From IMG/VR virus record IMGVR_UViG_3300042691_038938: a DNA stretch of 64,000 nt, one strand, 5' to 3'. A program made the translations under genes and the position numbers. Below the pieces are notes generated by a model that saw only the letters and a list, made by a program, of their open reading frames with translations, searched no databases and was not told where the DNA came from. Numbering within the stretch: the stretch's first letter is position 1; every line of letters starts with the position of its first letter. Source of the stretch: a virus (taxonomy: Duplodnaviria > Caudoviricetes). Positions 1 to 8,402 of this stretch are shown piece after piece.

Positions 1-65
1 TCAAGCCAACAGTCACAAATGAGACACTCACCATTATGATCGAACTTACATGGAGCAGGACTCAT
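1..65 (-). CDS. Cys-rich small protein, N-terminus only (cut by window edge; not in ORF track)
   Basis: ATG at 65 overlaps the TGA of the 62..442 gene (ATGA). Reads MSPAPCKFDHNGECLICDCWL and stays open to base 1. Confidence 0.6.
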   Translation of the reverse strand, partial: MSPAPCKFDHNGECLICDCWL

Positions 66-442
66 GACTTTCTCCTTATTAAGCGAGGATTCTGTTCCAA
101 GATATCACAACATGAAGCCAACACTTCCTTCCAGTCTGGATCAAACGTAGCGAGACTCTCTAATTTATCTCTAAGGCCACCTCGATCTATCTCGTATTTG
201 GAACCTATGAAATCAATTAGTTCATCCCTATCCACCTTCATTCCCTCTGAGATGCTCGGATAGGACCATATCCTTTCTCTAGTATCCTTTATCGGAAGCT
301 TTCCCTCGATCCAATCGAACATGTTCTCTTCAGAAAGGACCTCGACGTTTTCTCTGTCCTCGTCGACTATGATGAATCTGCCCTCCTTCTTGTATGCTAT
401 AAGGATTGGCCCCTCACTGTTTACCAGCTCAATGTATTCCAT
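62..442 (-). CDS. hypothetical phage protein
   Basis: ORF-track 62..484. Start moved to the MEYIEL ATG at 442, just after the stop of the upstream gene at 456. Confidence 0.65.
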   Translation of the reverse strand: MEYIELVNSEGPILIAYKKEGRFIIVDEDRENVEVLSEENMFDWIEGKLPIKDTRERIWSYPSISEGMKVDRDELIDFIGSKYEIDRGGLRDKLESLATFDPDWKEVLASCCDILEQNPRLIRRKS

Positions 443-455
443 CTTTACGTTTTTC

Positions 456-713
456 CTATTCTTTCTCATGTTTTGCTTTTTCAAGTCTATTGATTAACGC
501 CTGCACTTCTCCAAAATCATAGAATCGTACAGGTTCTTCAGTATTGAATATTTCCACATACCATTTTCCGTCCTTGACTCCATCGCTCGCCACTGATATG
601 AATTCGAGTCCTTTTGTGACACAGTATGTATAATAATGATAAGGCTCCCAATGTTGGTCTTTGGTGACTTCCTGTCTCTCAAAGCCTAATAGCGTTATTT
701 CTTTTTCTGTCAT
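456..713 (-). CDS. hypothetical phage protein
   Basis: 85-aa ORF tiling the minus-strand operon. Confidence 0.7.
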   Translation of the reverse strand: MTEKEITLLGFERQEVTKDQHWEPYHYYTYCVTKGLEFISVASDGVKDGKWYVEIFNTEEPVRFYDFGEVQALINRLEKAKHEKE

Positions 714-716
714 ATT

Positions 717-1238
717 TTATCGTGTTATGCCCAGCTCCTCCAGAGTCTTTGGCGTATAATTAACTTGTTCGCATGAGACGCAGTGATATTTCTCATGAGG
801 CACTTGCACTATAGGTTTGCCGGATTCCCATTTTTCTCGAGTGACCACCTTTTCGTGGATGTGACCGTGTATGTTTCTGGAAACCCGATAATCGAGTTCC
901 ATTGGATGGATCGGTGCATGCGTAAGAAAGATGCCCTTATATTGAATCATGCCAGCAACCTTATCAACGTGTTTTAAGAGTTCTGGAATGTCCTTTGGCA
1001 TGTCATGGTTTCCTAACACGACTATTTTTCTTCCAGACAGTTCATCTAATCTAAAGTACCACTTACTGGTCTCCATCGTGACATCTCCTAAGATATACGT
1101 AAGGTCTCTCTTGTGTACGATTGAATTCCACATGCTAATGATGTGTTCATCATGCTCTAACTCGTCCTTAAATCCACGATGAGTCGCCATGTTCTTGTGA
1201 CCTAAGTGTAAATCAGCTATGAATCGAACCTTTGACAT
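717..1238 (-). CDS. calcineurin-like metallophosphoesterase
   Basis: Motifs DLHLGH, LGDV, GNHD, THAP and HGHIH in the canonical order. Confidence 0.92.
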   Translation of the reverse strand: MSKVRFIADLHLGHKNMATHRGFKDELEHDEHIISMWNSIVHKRDLTYILGDVTMETSKWYFRLDELSGRKIVVLGNHDMPKDIPELLKHVDKVAGMIQYKGIFLTHAPIHPMELDYRVSRNIHGHIHEKVVTREKWESGKPIVQVPHEKYHCVSCEQVNYTPKTLEELGITR

Positions 1239-1666
1239 TATCTTCTAGTTAATTGGACTCTTCGCTCAGGACGAACCGTTTTTTCTACTTTGAAACTAGG
1301 TGACGAATACGAAGAGATCAGCTTGTGAACTGTTCCGTCTCCAGGAATCCCATTTATTATCTTTCCGTGTATAGATCCCTCCTCAAAGGTCACTTGTCCA
1401 GGGTCATTTGACACGGTCAGCGGAGCGTCATACTTGAAGACTATCGAGTTTACAAGACCGTCGATCTTTTCTAAAGAGAATCCATCGAAGTTCCAGCCAT
1501 TCGCTTGAATAAAGGAGAATACTTCCTTTCCAAGGTGACCCATAAATACGATCTTTTTAGGATGCGTTAGGTTTTCTTGAGTCAGATCATCAATGTTAGT
1601 TAGAATAGCATTGAATAGTTCTGAAGCAAATACCGAATCCTTTTCTTTAGGTACTGATAGTCTCAT
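1238..1666 (-). CDS. hypothetical protein
   Basis: 142-aa ORF; its TAA overlaps the next ATG (TAATG). Confidence 0.65.
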   Translation of the reverse strand: MRLSVPKEKDSVFASELFNAILTNIDDLTQENLTHPKKIVFMGHLGKEVFSFIQANGWNFDGFSLEKIDGLVNSIVFKYDAPLTVSNDPGQVTFEEGSIHGKIINGIPGDGTVHKLISSYSSPSFKVEKTVRPERRVQLTRR

Positions 1667-1943
1667 GATCTTTTTCTTGTTTTAGTTCTTCTGCCATCTT
1701 GCGTAATATAGAGTTTGCCCTTGACGTAGATGTTCCTTCCACCCACATGTTACCGTTTGTCGTGCAGTGAAAGACTCTCTGCCCATCGTCCATACAAGAA
1801 AGCTTGTAGTCAGACGACGCTTCAGCAATCACGCCATAATGAAAGACGAACGACTCTCTTTCCCAGTAAGTAGACTCGGCCTGCGCAAACCTGCACAGGA
1901 CGTCGTATACTTTTTCCGCAAGGCGAGTCGGCATCCTTTTCAT
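1647..1943 (-). CDS. hypothetical protein
   Basis: ORF-track 1647..1997. Probable start is the MKRMP ATG at 1943, in an ATGA overlap with the upstream stop. Confidence 0.65.
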   Translation of the reverse strand: MKRMPTRLAEKVYDVLCRFAQAESTYWERESFVFHYGVIAEASSDYKLSCMDDGQRVFHCTTNGNMWVEGTSTSRANSILRKMAEELKQEKDHETIST

Positions 1944-2146
1944 CGGCGAGTCACAATTCCCATTATCTTCGACTCTTGAACTGATGCTACTGCACACTCT
2001 GCGATTGAGTCTCTAAATCTATCGTTTAGGATCTCCTCAGCCTCTGAGATGGTCTCAGCGTCGACAATGTACTGTTCATAGACTTTCTTGATTCTTCCGG
2101 TGTTGTCATCAACCGTTTCAAACTTTACTTTTGCGATATAATACAT
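1940..2146 (-). CDS. DUF4494-like small protein (family typical of Bacteroidota)
   Basis: YYIAKVKFE..GRIKKVYEQYIVDAETISEAE resembles the DUF4494 pattern (KV.yE..G..KKV.E.YLVDA.SftEAE), from memory. Confidence 0.65.
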   Translation of the reverse strand: MYYIAKVKFETVDDNTGRIKKVYEQYIVDAETISEAEEILNDRFRDSIAECAVASVQESKIMGIVTRR

Positions 2147-2190
2147 AACTTTTAATTTTATATTTTATACTTTTTCAAGAGTCTCAAGTT

Positions 2191-3495
2191 TTAGACTTCG
2201 CGCTTTTTTCCATGGTTTGCTTTAAAGACTGGAAATCTTAGTGAGTGGTTGCCATGCTGGTCAGTCGTTTCTTCAAAATACTGCACAGTTATAGTAGCTT
2301 CCATGATCTCTCCACCGTTTCGATAATAGTGTCTTCTCTCGTCTAGTGTGAATCCGCTTCCGACTTGTACCTGTGAACCCTTATGGTCGATTGTTACTGC
2401 GCTTAGCATCTGCTCCTCAACTTCTTTGCCGTCGACTATCACTCGCTGTGGGCCGATTATTGCACCAGTGACCACATATTCTGCGTCGAAAAACTCCTTG
2501 ATCTTTAACATGTCCTTAGACCTGCCAAATTTGTATGGAGCGTCCTTTCTAGCGATGAGCCCTTCCCAATTAAAGTCCTTAGACTGACTCTTCATCTCAT
2601 CAAAGGAATCCTCATCGATTATCTTTATCTGTGGAAGTAACTCCAAGATCTCAGAACCTTTAAAATCGTTGAACTGAGAGGGTCTCCACTCTATTCTCAT
2701 TGAAAAGAGAACTGAAGATTCTTCACCTGCGAACTCAGCATGTTCAAGTATATCAAATATCCAATACTTTGGATTCTCTATGGTGTGATCCTTACGTTGG
2801 ATCTGCTTCAGGATTCCCTGGAAGTCATCTGAGCCATCTTCATTCATGAGACATATTTCTCCGTCAAAGACTACGTCTGTGATCCCCAGGCGTCTTATTT
2901 CGTCCGCTACTTTTCCTAGCGTGTGAAACTCCTTGCCGTTACGTGAAAAGAACCTTACTGAGTCTCCATGCACCATGCAGATGCAACGAACTCCATCCAA
3001 CTTTCTAGAAAGGTACCACGATCGATCGAATAGATCTATGCCCTTTACCTTTGCCGCATCGTGAGCTAAAGCGACCTCAAAAGTAGGAATGAATTTTGGA
3101 TTCACTCGATTTATTAGAGTAACTGTCGCTCTGGTCTCAAGGTTTCTGTCGATTATCTGATAGATCAGGTCCGCCCACTCCTCATAATCCTTAATGAATC
3201 GGTTTGCTGCCTGAATTGCTGCATGTCCAGTCATGTGACGCTCATTAAAGTCGTCTAGCATCAAGAATAAGTCATCATATACTTCTTTCGGTGCAATAAG
3301 ATCGCTTCTCTTCTTAAGATTGGTAGAAGTTACTCCAAAATTCCAGTAAGGCTGATATGTATAAAACAGTACCCTTTTGATGAAGGGATGATATTGATAC
3401 TTAGTAAGAATCTCTACCTTGTGGTTGGTTGAGTTTGACGAGTTCATCTCGTCAACGAACTCTCTAAGTTCCTTAAAATCTTCTGTGTGGTGCAT
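2191..3495 (-). CDS. lig: ATP-dependent DNA ligase
   Basis: Motif I SRKLDGVRC, FSRNG, VFDGE, EGLIARK, MLKIK, and an OB domain with VGSGFT and SLRFPVF. Confidence 0.95.
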   Translation of the reverse strand: MHHTEDFKELREFVDEMNSSNSTNHKVEILTKYQYHPFIKRVLFYTYQPYWNFGVTSTNLKKRSDLIAPKEVYDDLFLMLDDFNERHMTGHAAIQAANRFIKDYEEWADLIYQIIDRNLETRATVTLINRVNPKFIPTFEVALAHDAAKVKGIDLFDRSWYLSRKLDGVRCICMVHGDSVRFFSRNGKEFHTLGKVADEIRRLGITDVVFDGEICLMNEDGSDDFQGILKQIQRKDHTIENPKYWIFDILEHAEFAGEESSVLFSMRIEWRPSQFNDFKGSEILELLPQIKIIDEDSFDEMKSQSKDFNWEGLIARKDAPYKFGRSKDMLKIKEFFDAEYVVTGAIIGPQRVIVDGKEVEEQMLSAVTIDHKGSQVQVGSGFTLDERRHYYRNGGEIMEATITVQYFEETTDQHGNHSLRFPVFKANHGKKREV

Positions 3496-3524
3496 TGTTT
3501 TTTCCTTTTAGCTATGATACTAAA

Positions 3525-3962
3525 CTAAAAAGAAAGTTTACAATTTGGGTGCATATTTTTCTCGCACCAACCGGCTTCAAGCTCTACTGCAAATCGAACA
3601 GGCTCCTTGCTATGGTATTGAGGAACTTGATCCTCTTCAACGTCGTGAGCTGGATCCATTGTCTCGTGACCAACGTAACGCATGGAGTCATCAAAAAAGA
3701 TGACGTCTAGTGGAAATCTAACGTTCTTCATCCAAAAGGATAGAGGTTGAGGTTGATCGTAAACGAAGAGCAAACCCTGATTTCCAATGGGTCCAGTCTC
3801 ATGGTGCATGTAACCTTTCATTTGGCTCTCAGGAGTGCTTGCAACCCTAAGCTTTAGAGGAACACCAGATATCTCGGCAGAGATCTCCTTGCCATCTATC
3901 TGATTTCTCATACAGTACGACTCAAATAGAGGAATTTGGAATATTTGGGTTACTTGACTCAT
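3525..3962 (-). CDS. DUF192 family protein
   Basis: VASTPESQMKGYM, GLLFVY, FWMKNVRFPLDVIFFD, AVELEAGW. Confidence 0.85.
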   Translation of the reverse strand: MSQVTQIFQIPLFESYCMRNQIDGKEISAEISGVPLKLRVASTPESQMKGYMHHETGPIGNQGLLFVYDQPQPLSFWMKNVRFPLDVIFFDDSMRYVGHETMDPAHDVEEDQVPQYHSKEPVRFAVELEAGWCEKNMHPNCKLSF

Positions 3963-3968
3963 ATTTCA

Positions 3969-4313
3969 CTATTCCTCAGGTAAGGGCTTTGTTTCTGGCT
4001 CTAGAGCAGAGATTCTTCCTTCAAGATCTTTGATTAGAGCTTGGATCTCCTTGATGCCCTTTTTCTTAGATTCCTTTGATTCTTTTTTGCTCTCTTTCTT
4101 GTCATCACCTATTTGGATCTCAGGATCTTCCGGTTCTTCGCCAGCGTAACCTGCAGTGTAATCCATCGGTTCTCCACTAGTTCCTTCAAATCCAGAGTTA
4201 GGCGGCTGGCTTTCCTGACCCGCTTCTCCCCAAGTTTGCATGCTAAAGTCCATGTCAGAGTTTTCATAAAGCTTATGATTCTTTAAAAACCCAGTAAAAT
4301 TATGTATTTTCAA
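3969..4313 (-). CDS. acidic head-internal or scaffold-like protein (TTG start)
   Basis: N-terminal KIHNFTGFL..LYENS motif, acidic body, DLEGRISALEPE segment shared with the neighbouring gene; TATAAATA upstream. Confidence 0.6.
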   Translation of the reverse strand: MKIHNFTGFLKNHKLYENSDMDFSMQTWGEAGQESQPPNSGFEGTSGEPMDYTAGYAGEEPEDPEIQIGDDKKESKKESKESKKKGIKEIQALIKDLEGRISALEPETKPLPEE

Positions 4314-4332
4314 TTGGGGACAGACTTTTTAT

Positions 4333-4340
4333 TATTTATA
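4333..4340 (-). promoter_or_regulatory. T4-type late promoter TATAAATA
   Basis: Exact T4 late consensus 20 nt upstream of the 4313 start, directly after a terminator. Confidence 0.7.
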
Positions 4341-4341
4341 C

Positions 4342-4370
4342 AAAAAAAGCGAATGTTTCCATTCGCTTTC
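4342..4370 (-). terminator. Rho-independent terminator
   Basis: Minus strand reads AAAGCGAATG-GAAA-CATTCGCTTT: a perfect 10-bp stem, GNRA loop and a run of 7 T, 20 nt after the stop at 4390. Confidence 0.85.
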
Positions 4371-4389
4371 TATTATCTATGTTTGATAT

Positions 4390-4776
4390 TTACTTTGCTG
4401 CAGCTGCTGGAGTTGCCGCACCTGCCTCTCCCTCTTCTTCGTCGCCTTCTTCAGTTTCAGCTTCTTCGTCTTCTTCCTCTTCAGGCTCAAGTTTTTTAAC
4501 TCTTTCCTCAAGGTCTTCAATCATAGCTTTAAGGTCTTCCATAGTAAGCTCCTCTTCAGCTTCTTCTCCGTCTTCGCTTTCAACGTCTTCAGTGTCTTCA
4601 GCTTCTTCGTCTTCTGGATTGGCACCATAGTATCCAGCACCAAAGTATCCGTCCTCGTCATCTGGGTCAGCTGCTTCTGGTGCAGAGTCCATTCCAGATT
4701 CGTCCCATCCGCCAATTTCATCACTTTCGTTTAGGCGGCGAGCTCTCATAAATCCTGCAAAGTTTTTTACTTTCAT
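4390..4776 (-). CDS. highly acidic head-internal or scaffold-like protein
   Basis: KVKNFAGFM..RLNES N-terminus, E/D-rich body, DLEERVKKLEPE segment. Confidence 0.65.
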   Translation of the reverse strand: MKVKNFAGFMRARRLNESDEIGGWDESGMDSAPEAADPDDEDGYFGAGYYGANPEDEEAEDTEDVESEDGEEAEEELTMEDLKAMIEDLEERVKKLEPEEEEDEEAETEEGDEEEGEAGAATPAAAAK

Positions 4777-4795
4777 CTTTAATAAACTTTTTTAT

Positions 4796-4803
4796 TATTT
4801 ATC
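4796..4803 (-). promoter_or_regulatory. late promoter-like GATAAATA
   Basis: 20 nt upstream of the 4776 start; the motif recurs before 16 genes. Confidence 0.6.
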
Positions 4804-4805
4804 TA

Positions 4806-5297
4806 CTACTTTGTAGAATTTTCCTCAGACTGCAACTTTTCGATAAGTTCGTCTAATTTCTTTATTTCTTCCATTGCTGGGCGAAGCAACATTGAGACTG
4901 CAAACAACCTGTGCGCTGATTCTTCTCCTTTTCCTGTGACTCTTGCCAAGAAGAAGTTAATTGACTCTAGTGTTGTTGACGGAAGAGATATTCTTTTTCT
5001 CTCGTTAGAGGAAGAATCACCCGATTCCTTAAGCTCATTTGAAAGGTTAAGTAGAGCCATTAGCATTAAATAAGCCTCGTTTGGCCCCTTCCACTCAATC
5101 TTATTATTAAGTAAGTTCTTTACATACTTTAAATCTGATGGAGAGATCGAGATTTCAAAGTGACCCATTCTAGCTTGAACGGCCTTATCTAACTCACTCA
5201 TTTCTGCTTGAGGTTCCTCAGAGATTTGAGAATCATCCATTTGAGGCTCTTCCATGATTACCTCCTGTTCTTCAACGTTTTGTGTTTCTTCTGACAT
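4806..5297 (-). CDS. hypothetical protein
   Basis: 163-aa ORF with an acidic N-terminus and helical body. Confidence 0.7.
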   Translation of the reverse strand: MSEETQNVEEQEVIMEEPQMDDSQISEEPQAEMSELDKAVQARMGHFEISISPSDLKYVKNLLNNKIEWKGPNEAYLMLMALLNLSNELKESGDSSSNERKRISLPSTTLESINFFLARVTGKGEESAHRLFAVSMLLRPAMEEIKKLDELIEKLQSEENSTK

Positions 5298-5345
5298 AAT
5301 TTAATCTTTTAGTTATTAAACTACTCAGTTATGATTAGGTTTTAA

Positions 5346-6860
5346 CTAAACTAGATCTAGATTCGCTGACACTTCCTTAGCCTTAGCTAATGCGTCAACT
5401 CCGCCAGGCATCACTCCTCCATGATTGGCTTTAACTGCGGCAGTTATCGCTGCATCCTTGCTAGTAAAGACATTTGGATCGGACACGTCGTGTCCCATGG
5501 TCTTTAAGTTATTCTTAAAGAAAGCGATTGCTGCTTTTGCCGCAACTGTTATGTCATTGAGTAGGTCCGGATTTGAGACTAAGTCCATTCCAGTCTCCTT
5601 ACTGTATTTCTCATAACCAGTCTTAAATGTTATTCCATTAAATCCTCGGCCCCTGTACTTGTAGCCGTCTCCTACTGCGTCATTTCCGGTGTTGAATCCA
5701 AGAAAGGCTTTCGCCGGTGGCCCGTATACTTGATCAAAGAACTTAGAATCATCTGCTTTAATAGAATTGAGCTGTTCATCAGTCAGGCCCTTAACTCTTT
5801 TTCCAAATATCTTTCGTATTCTATCGTTGCTGGTTTTACTATAACCTATCTCATTCTGTGGAACGAATCCGCTCTCCTTTCCAATCGTTGAGAGTATCCC
5901 TATTTGTGCATACTTGTTAGTTATGCCCTGTGCTTTCATCTCATCTATGAGCAGGTCTATGTTCTTTGCTTTTTCTCCACTGTAATTCGACTTGATATTC
6001 TTTGTTGCAAGGCTAGGGTCAACTGCTGTCGTTGTACTGGCCGTTGTGCTAGCTGCAGCTGTTGTAGTCGTTGCTGCATCTGACTGTAACTCAACCTTGT
6101 TTCCTTGAGTGTCCATGAGGTTGCCCTCAGAATCAAGGTTAAATGAATGCATGAACCACGATTTTGCACCAGGTCTAGCTAATGCATACTCAACGTCCTT
6201 TAATTGGATACCACTCGCTCCTCCTGGCATCATAGTCACGCTCCACTGTTTAAACATTGGATTGTTGAATAACTTTTCAGCAAAGGTGTTTCCTGCGATC
6301 GCAGTAGTAGCAGATGATACTGGCGTCGTGGATGTTGCAGTAGTTGTAGTATCAGAAGAGTCTGACTTCTTTACTCCTACGTGAATATGATCGTAATGAT
6401 TCTTTACTTTCCAACCTACTTGATACCTATATCCTCCCTTGACTACGCTAAACCACGATCCTCCCTTGTATTCAGGATGACCGAACGCTTGCATCAGGTG
6501 AGCTAATAGGGCGTCTCCCTCTGCACCAGCACACGCAAGATCGACCGCGTATGCGTCTTGGTTTCCCTCATAGTGATCTGAAGTGTTACCGGAAGCGGTC
6601 AACTTCTTAGATCTCTTTTGTGAAGAAACAGTGTTTGACTTTTTATAGGTCTTTGACATAAAATCGTTTGCTAGTGACGCAAACCATAAGGCTCGAGGCA
6701 TAGATCCTCCCCAGTTTCCACCATTGCCGCCAGTGACTGCCTTGCCGCTGTCAACTGTGCCTATTGTAAAACCAAAGGTCTGGTCTGGATACTTCGCAGC
6801 TGGGTCAAAAGCAACAGCCTCATTTAAAGAGGACCAAGAATTAAAATCAAGCAATCTCAC
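5346..6860 (-). CDS. two-domain peptidoglycan hydrolase: M15-like Zn peptidase plus GH19 lysozyme/chitinase (GTG start)
   Basis: C-terminal GH19 motifs KESGF..NE, GDGYKYRGRGFNGIT and DLVSNPDLL; N-terminal SDH..AVD..HYDHIH Zn-peptidase pattern; T/A-rich linkers. Confidence 0.8.
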   Translation of the reverse strand: MRLLDFNSWSSLNEAVAFDPAAKYPDQTFGFTIGTVDSGKAVTGGNGGNWGGSMPRALWFASLANDFMSKTYKKSNTVSSQKRSKKLTASGNTSDHYEGNQDAYAVDLACAGAEGDALLAHLMQAFGHPEYKGGSWFSVVKGGYRYQVGWKVKNHYDHIHVGVKKSDSSDTTTTATSTTPVSSATTAIAGNTFAEKLFNNPMFKQWSVTMMPGGASGIQLKDVEYALARPGAKSWFMHSFNLDSEGNLMDTQGNKVELQSDAATTTTAAASTTASTTTAVDPSLATKNIKSNYSGEKAKNIDLLIDEMKAQGITNKYAQIGILSTIGKESGFVPQNEIGYSKTSNDRIRKIFGKRVKGLTDEQLNSIKADDSKFFDQVYGPPAKAFLGFNTGNDAVGDGYKYRGRGFNGITFKTGYEKYSKETGMDLVSNPDLLNDITVAAKAAIAFFKNNLKTMGHDVSDPNVFTSKDAAITAAVKANHGGVMPGGVDALAKAKEVSANLDLV

Positions 6861-6875
6861 TAGAATCCTTTTTAG

Positions 6876-7376
6876 TTATTTATCTAAGCTTAAGTGTCTA
6901 TCGAGTATTATTAGTTGGGCGCGATTCATTATTGGATACGCTTCTTTAGCCGAAACAAACTTTCCCCAATCCACTTCTTCTAATTGAAGCTTGTCCTTGG
7001 GAAGCCTCTCACTAGAGAGTCCAAGCTCAGAAAGGTCGTTTATCTTGCAAACATAGTAGATCATGTGACCAGTTTCTTTCATCTTCTTATTGTAGAAGAT
7101 CACCTTGTGAGGTTCTGAATCCAACATTTCAGGTGAAACGTCTATTCCGGCCTCTTCTCTAAACTCTCGAATGGCGGCTTCCATCGTGTCTTCACCAGGT
7201 TCAATTCCTCCTTTGGGAATTCCGCATGTTCCCTTTTGCCAAGAAGAACCAGTCGGATGGATTAGCAGGATCTTGTTATCCCAAATTGCTGCGATGCCTG
7301 CAGCCACCTTAGGAGATCTTTTTGGAGAATCATCAAGATCCTCATTGATAAAATCATTAAATGTTAGAATTGCCAT
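6876..7376 (-). CDS. Nudix hydrolase
   Basis: Intact Nudix box GGIEPGEDTMEAAIREFREEAG preceded by GIPKG. Confidence 0.93.
   Translation of the reverse strand: MAILTFNDFINEDLDDSPKRSPKVAAGIAAIWDNKILLIHPTGSSWQKGTCGIPKGGIEPGEDTMEAAIREFREEAGIDVSPEMLDSEPHKVIFYNKKMKETGHMIYYVCKINDLSELGLSSERLPKDKLQLEEVDWGKFVSAKEAYPIMNRAQLIILDRHLSLDK
6877..6884 (-). promoter_or_regulatory. late promoter-like GATAAATA
   Basis: 17 nt upstream of the 6860 start; overlaps the Nudix stop codon. Confidence 0.5.
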
Positions 7377-7545
7377 GTTTCTGTCTATACGAAGCCTTTT
7401 GTCTTTCTCTTCTCCTCTTTATGCTTGGTTTTTCAAATTCCTGTCGATCCCTTAATTCATGGACCTGCCGAGTCTTTTCTACCTTTTGACGGTATTTTTT
7501 AAGAGCCCATTCTATCTTACAGTTTGAACACTTAACTATTAACAT
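7357..7545 (-). CDS. rpsU: 30S ribosomal protein bS21 (phage-encoded)
   Basis: IEWALKKYRQKV..ELRDRQEFEKPSIKRRRERQKA matches the bS21 signature (ALK/R..K, R...F.KPS.KR); 62 aa. Confidence 0.9.
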   Translation of the reverse strand: MLIVKCSNCKIEWALKKYRQKVEKTRQVHELRDRQEFEKPSIKRRRERQKASYRQKHGNSNI

Positions 7546-8402
7546 TAGCCTAAATATTTTTCTAAAGAAATTATCCCACTTGGTTTTAAGAGAAGAGAGT
7601 CGTAATATCTCTTCTTATAGTAAGGTTTTACGTGGGAATCAAACATTTCCTTCTTAAACCAGTTTGGAATCTTACTATTGTAGTGTTTTTCATAGGCCGA
7701 CTCGTACATCTTAAGCCCCTGTGAAGGAGTAAGAGAACAGTCCCTAGAAACGGACTCTAAATAGATCTTACCGTTCGCTTCTAGTAAGGAGACTAGATAA
7801 AAATCTGGTCGATATTTTTCGTTTATCTTCTTGCATATCGAAGAGGCTTCATCCAAGTATTTAAACCTAGAGAGATCCACATCAAACGGGATCTTATTTA
7901 CTCTTTTTTGTGCATGCAAAGGGCGATCCCCTGAGGCCAGAATCTCAAACCTAGACAGAGGAGTTATCTTTTCTTGAAACTCGTCAAACCTGTCCTCTGA
8001 CTTTTTAAACTTTCCATATGTCTTAAAGTCAGTCTCACCGACCTTATTGATCCCAATTATGGGAAACTTCATCTTTTTTACTAGCGATCTATCCTTCACA
8101 GTTGATGGAAAGAATGTGGTGTCCTTAAAGTCTTGCCTCATTTGTGCACGATCAGGCAGAGGTTCTCTGTTGTAGATTACGTTGTGAAAGTTTTCGTTTA
8201 TAGAACCTGATGAAAAGGAAAAGTTGTTCCAGGGAATTATCGGCAAGTCTTCATCTAAACTAAATGCTTCGTTTGCAGTCTTTATGACTCTAAACATTCC
8301 CAATCCATTAGCAGTAGGAGAGGCTATTGCCACTCGCTGGTTAAATCTCTTCGGGTCACTTGAGTATGCCCTAGAGTAGCTATCAAAATTCTTTAATCTC
8401 AC
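7545..8402 (-). CDS. degenerate RimK-like ATP-grasp protein
   Basis: P.T...FPII, FQEKI..RFEI and DFY.V...G.IYLES occur in ATP-grasp order, but the catalytic Lys, Gly loop and ExN are missing. Confidence 0.45.
   Translation of the reverse strand: MRLKNFDSYSRAYSSDPKRFNQRVAIASPTANGLGMFRVIKTANEAFSLDEDLPIIPWNNFSFSSGSINENFHNVIYNREPLPDRAQMRQDFKDTTFFPSTVKDRSLVKKMKFPIIGINKVGETDFKTYGKFKKSEDRFDEFQEKITPLSRFEILASGDRPLHAQKRVNKIPFDVDLSRFKYLDEASSICKKINEKYRPDFYLVSLLEANGKIYLESVSRDCSLTPSQGLKMYESAYEKHYNSKIPNWFKKEMFDSHVKPYYKKRYYDSLLLKPSGIISLEKYLG

Noticed and set aside
4521-4724. Lys-rich alternative-frame ORF (KTKKLKTLK...)
   Set aside because: It is the shifted reading of GAA/GAC-rich codons in the acidic gene; a compositional artefact.
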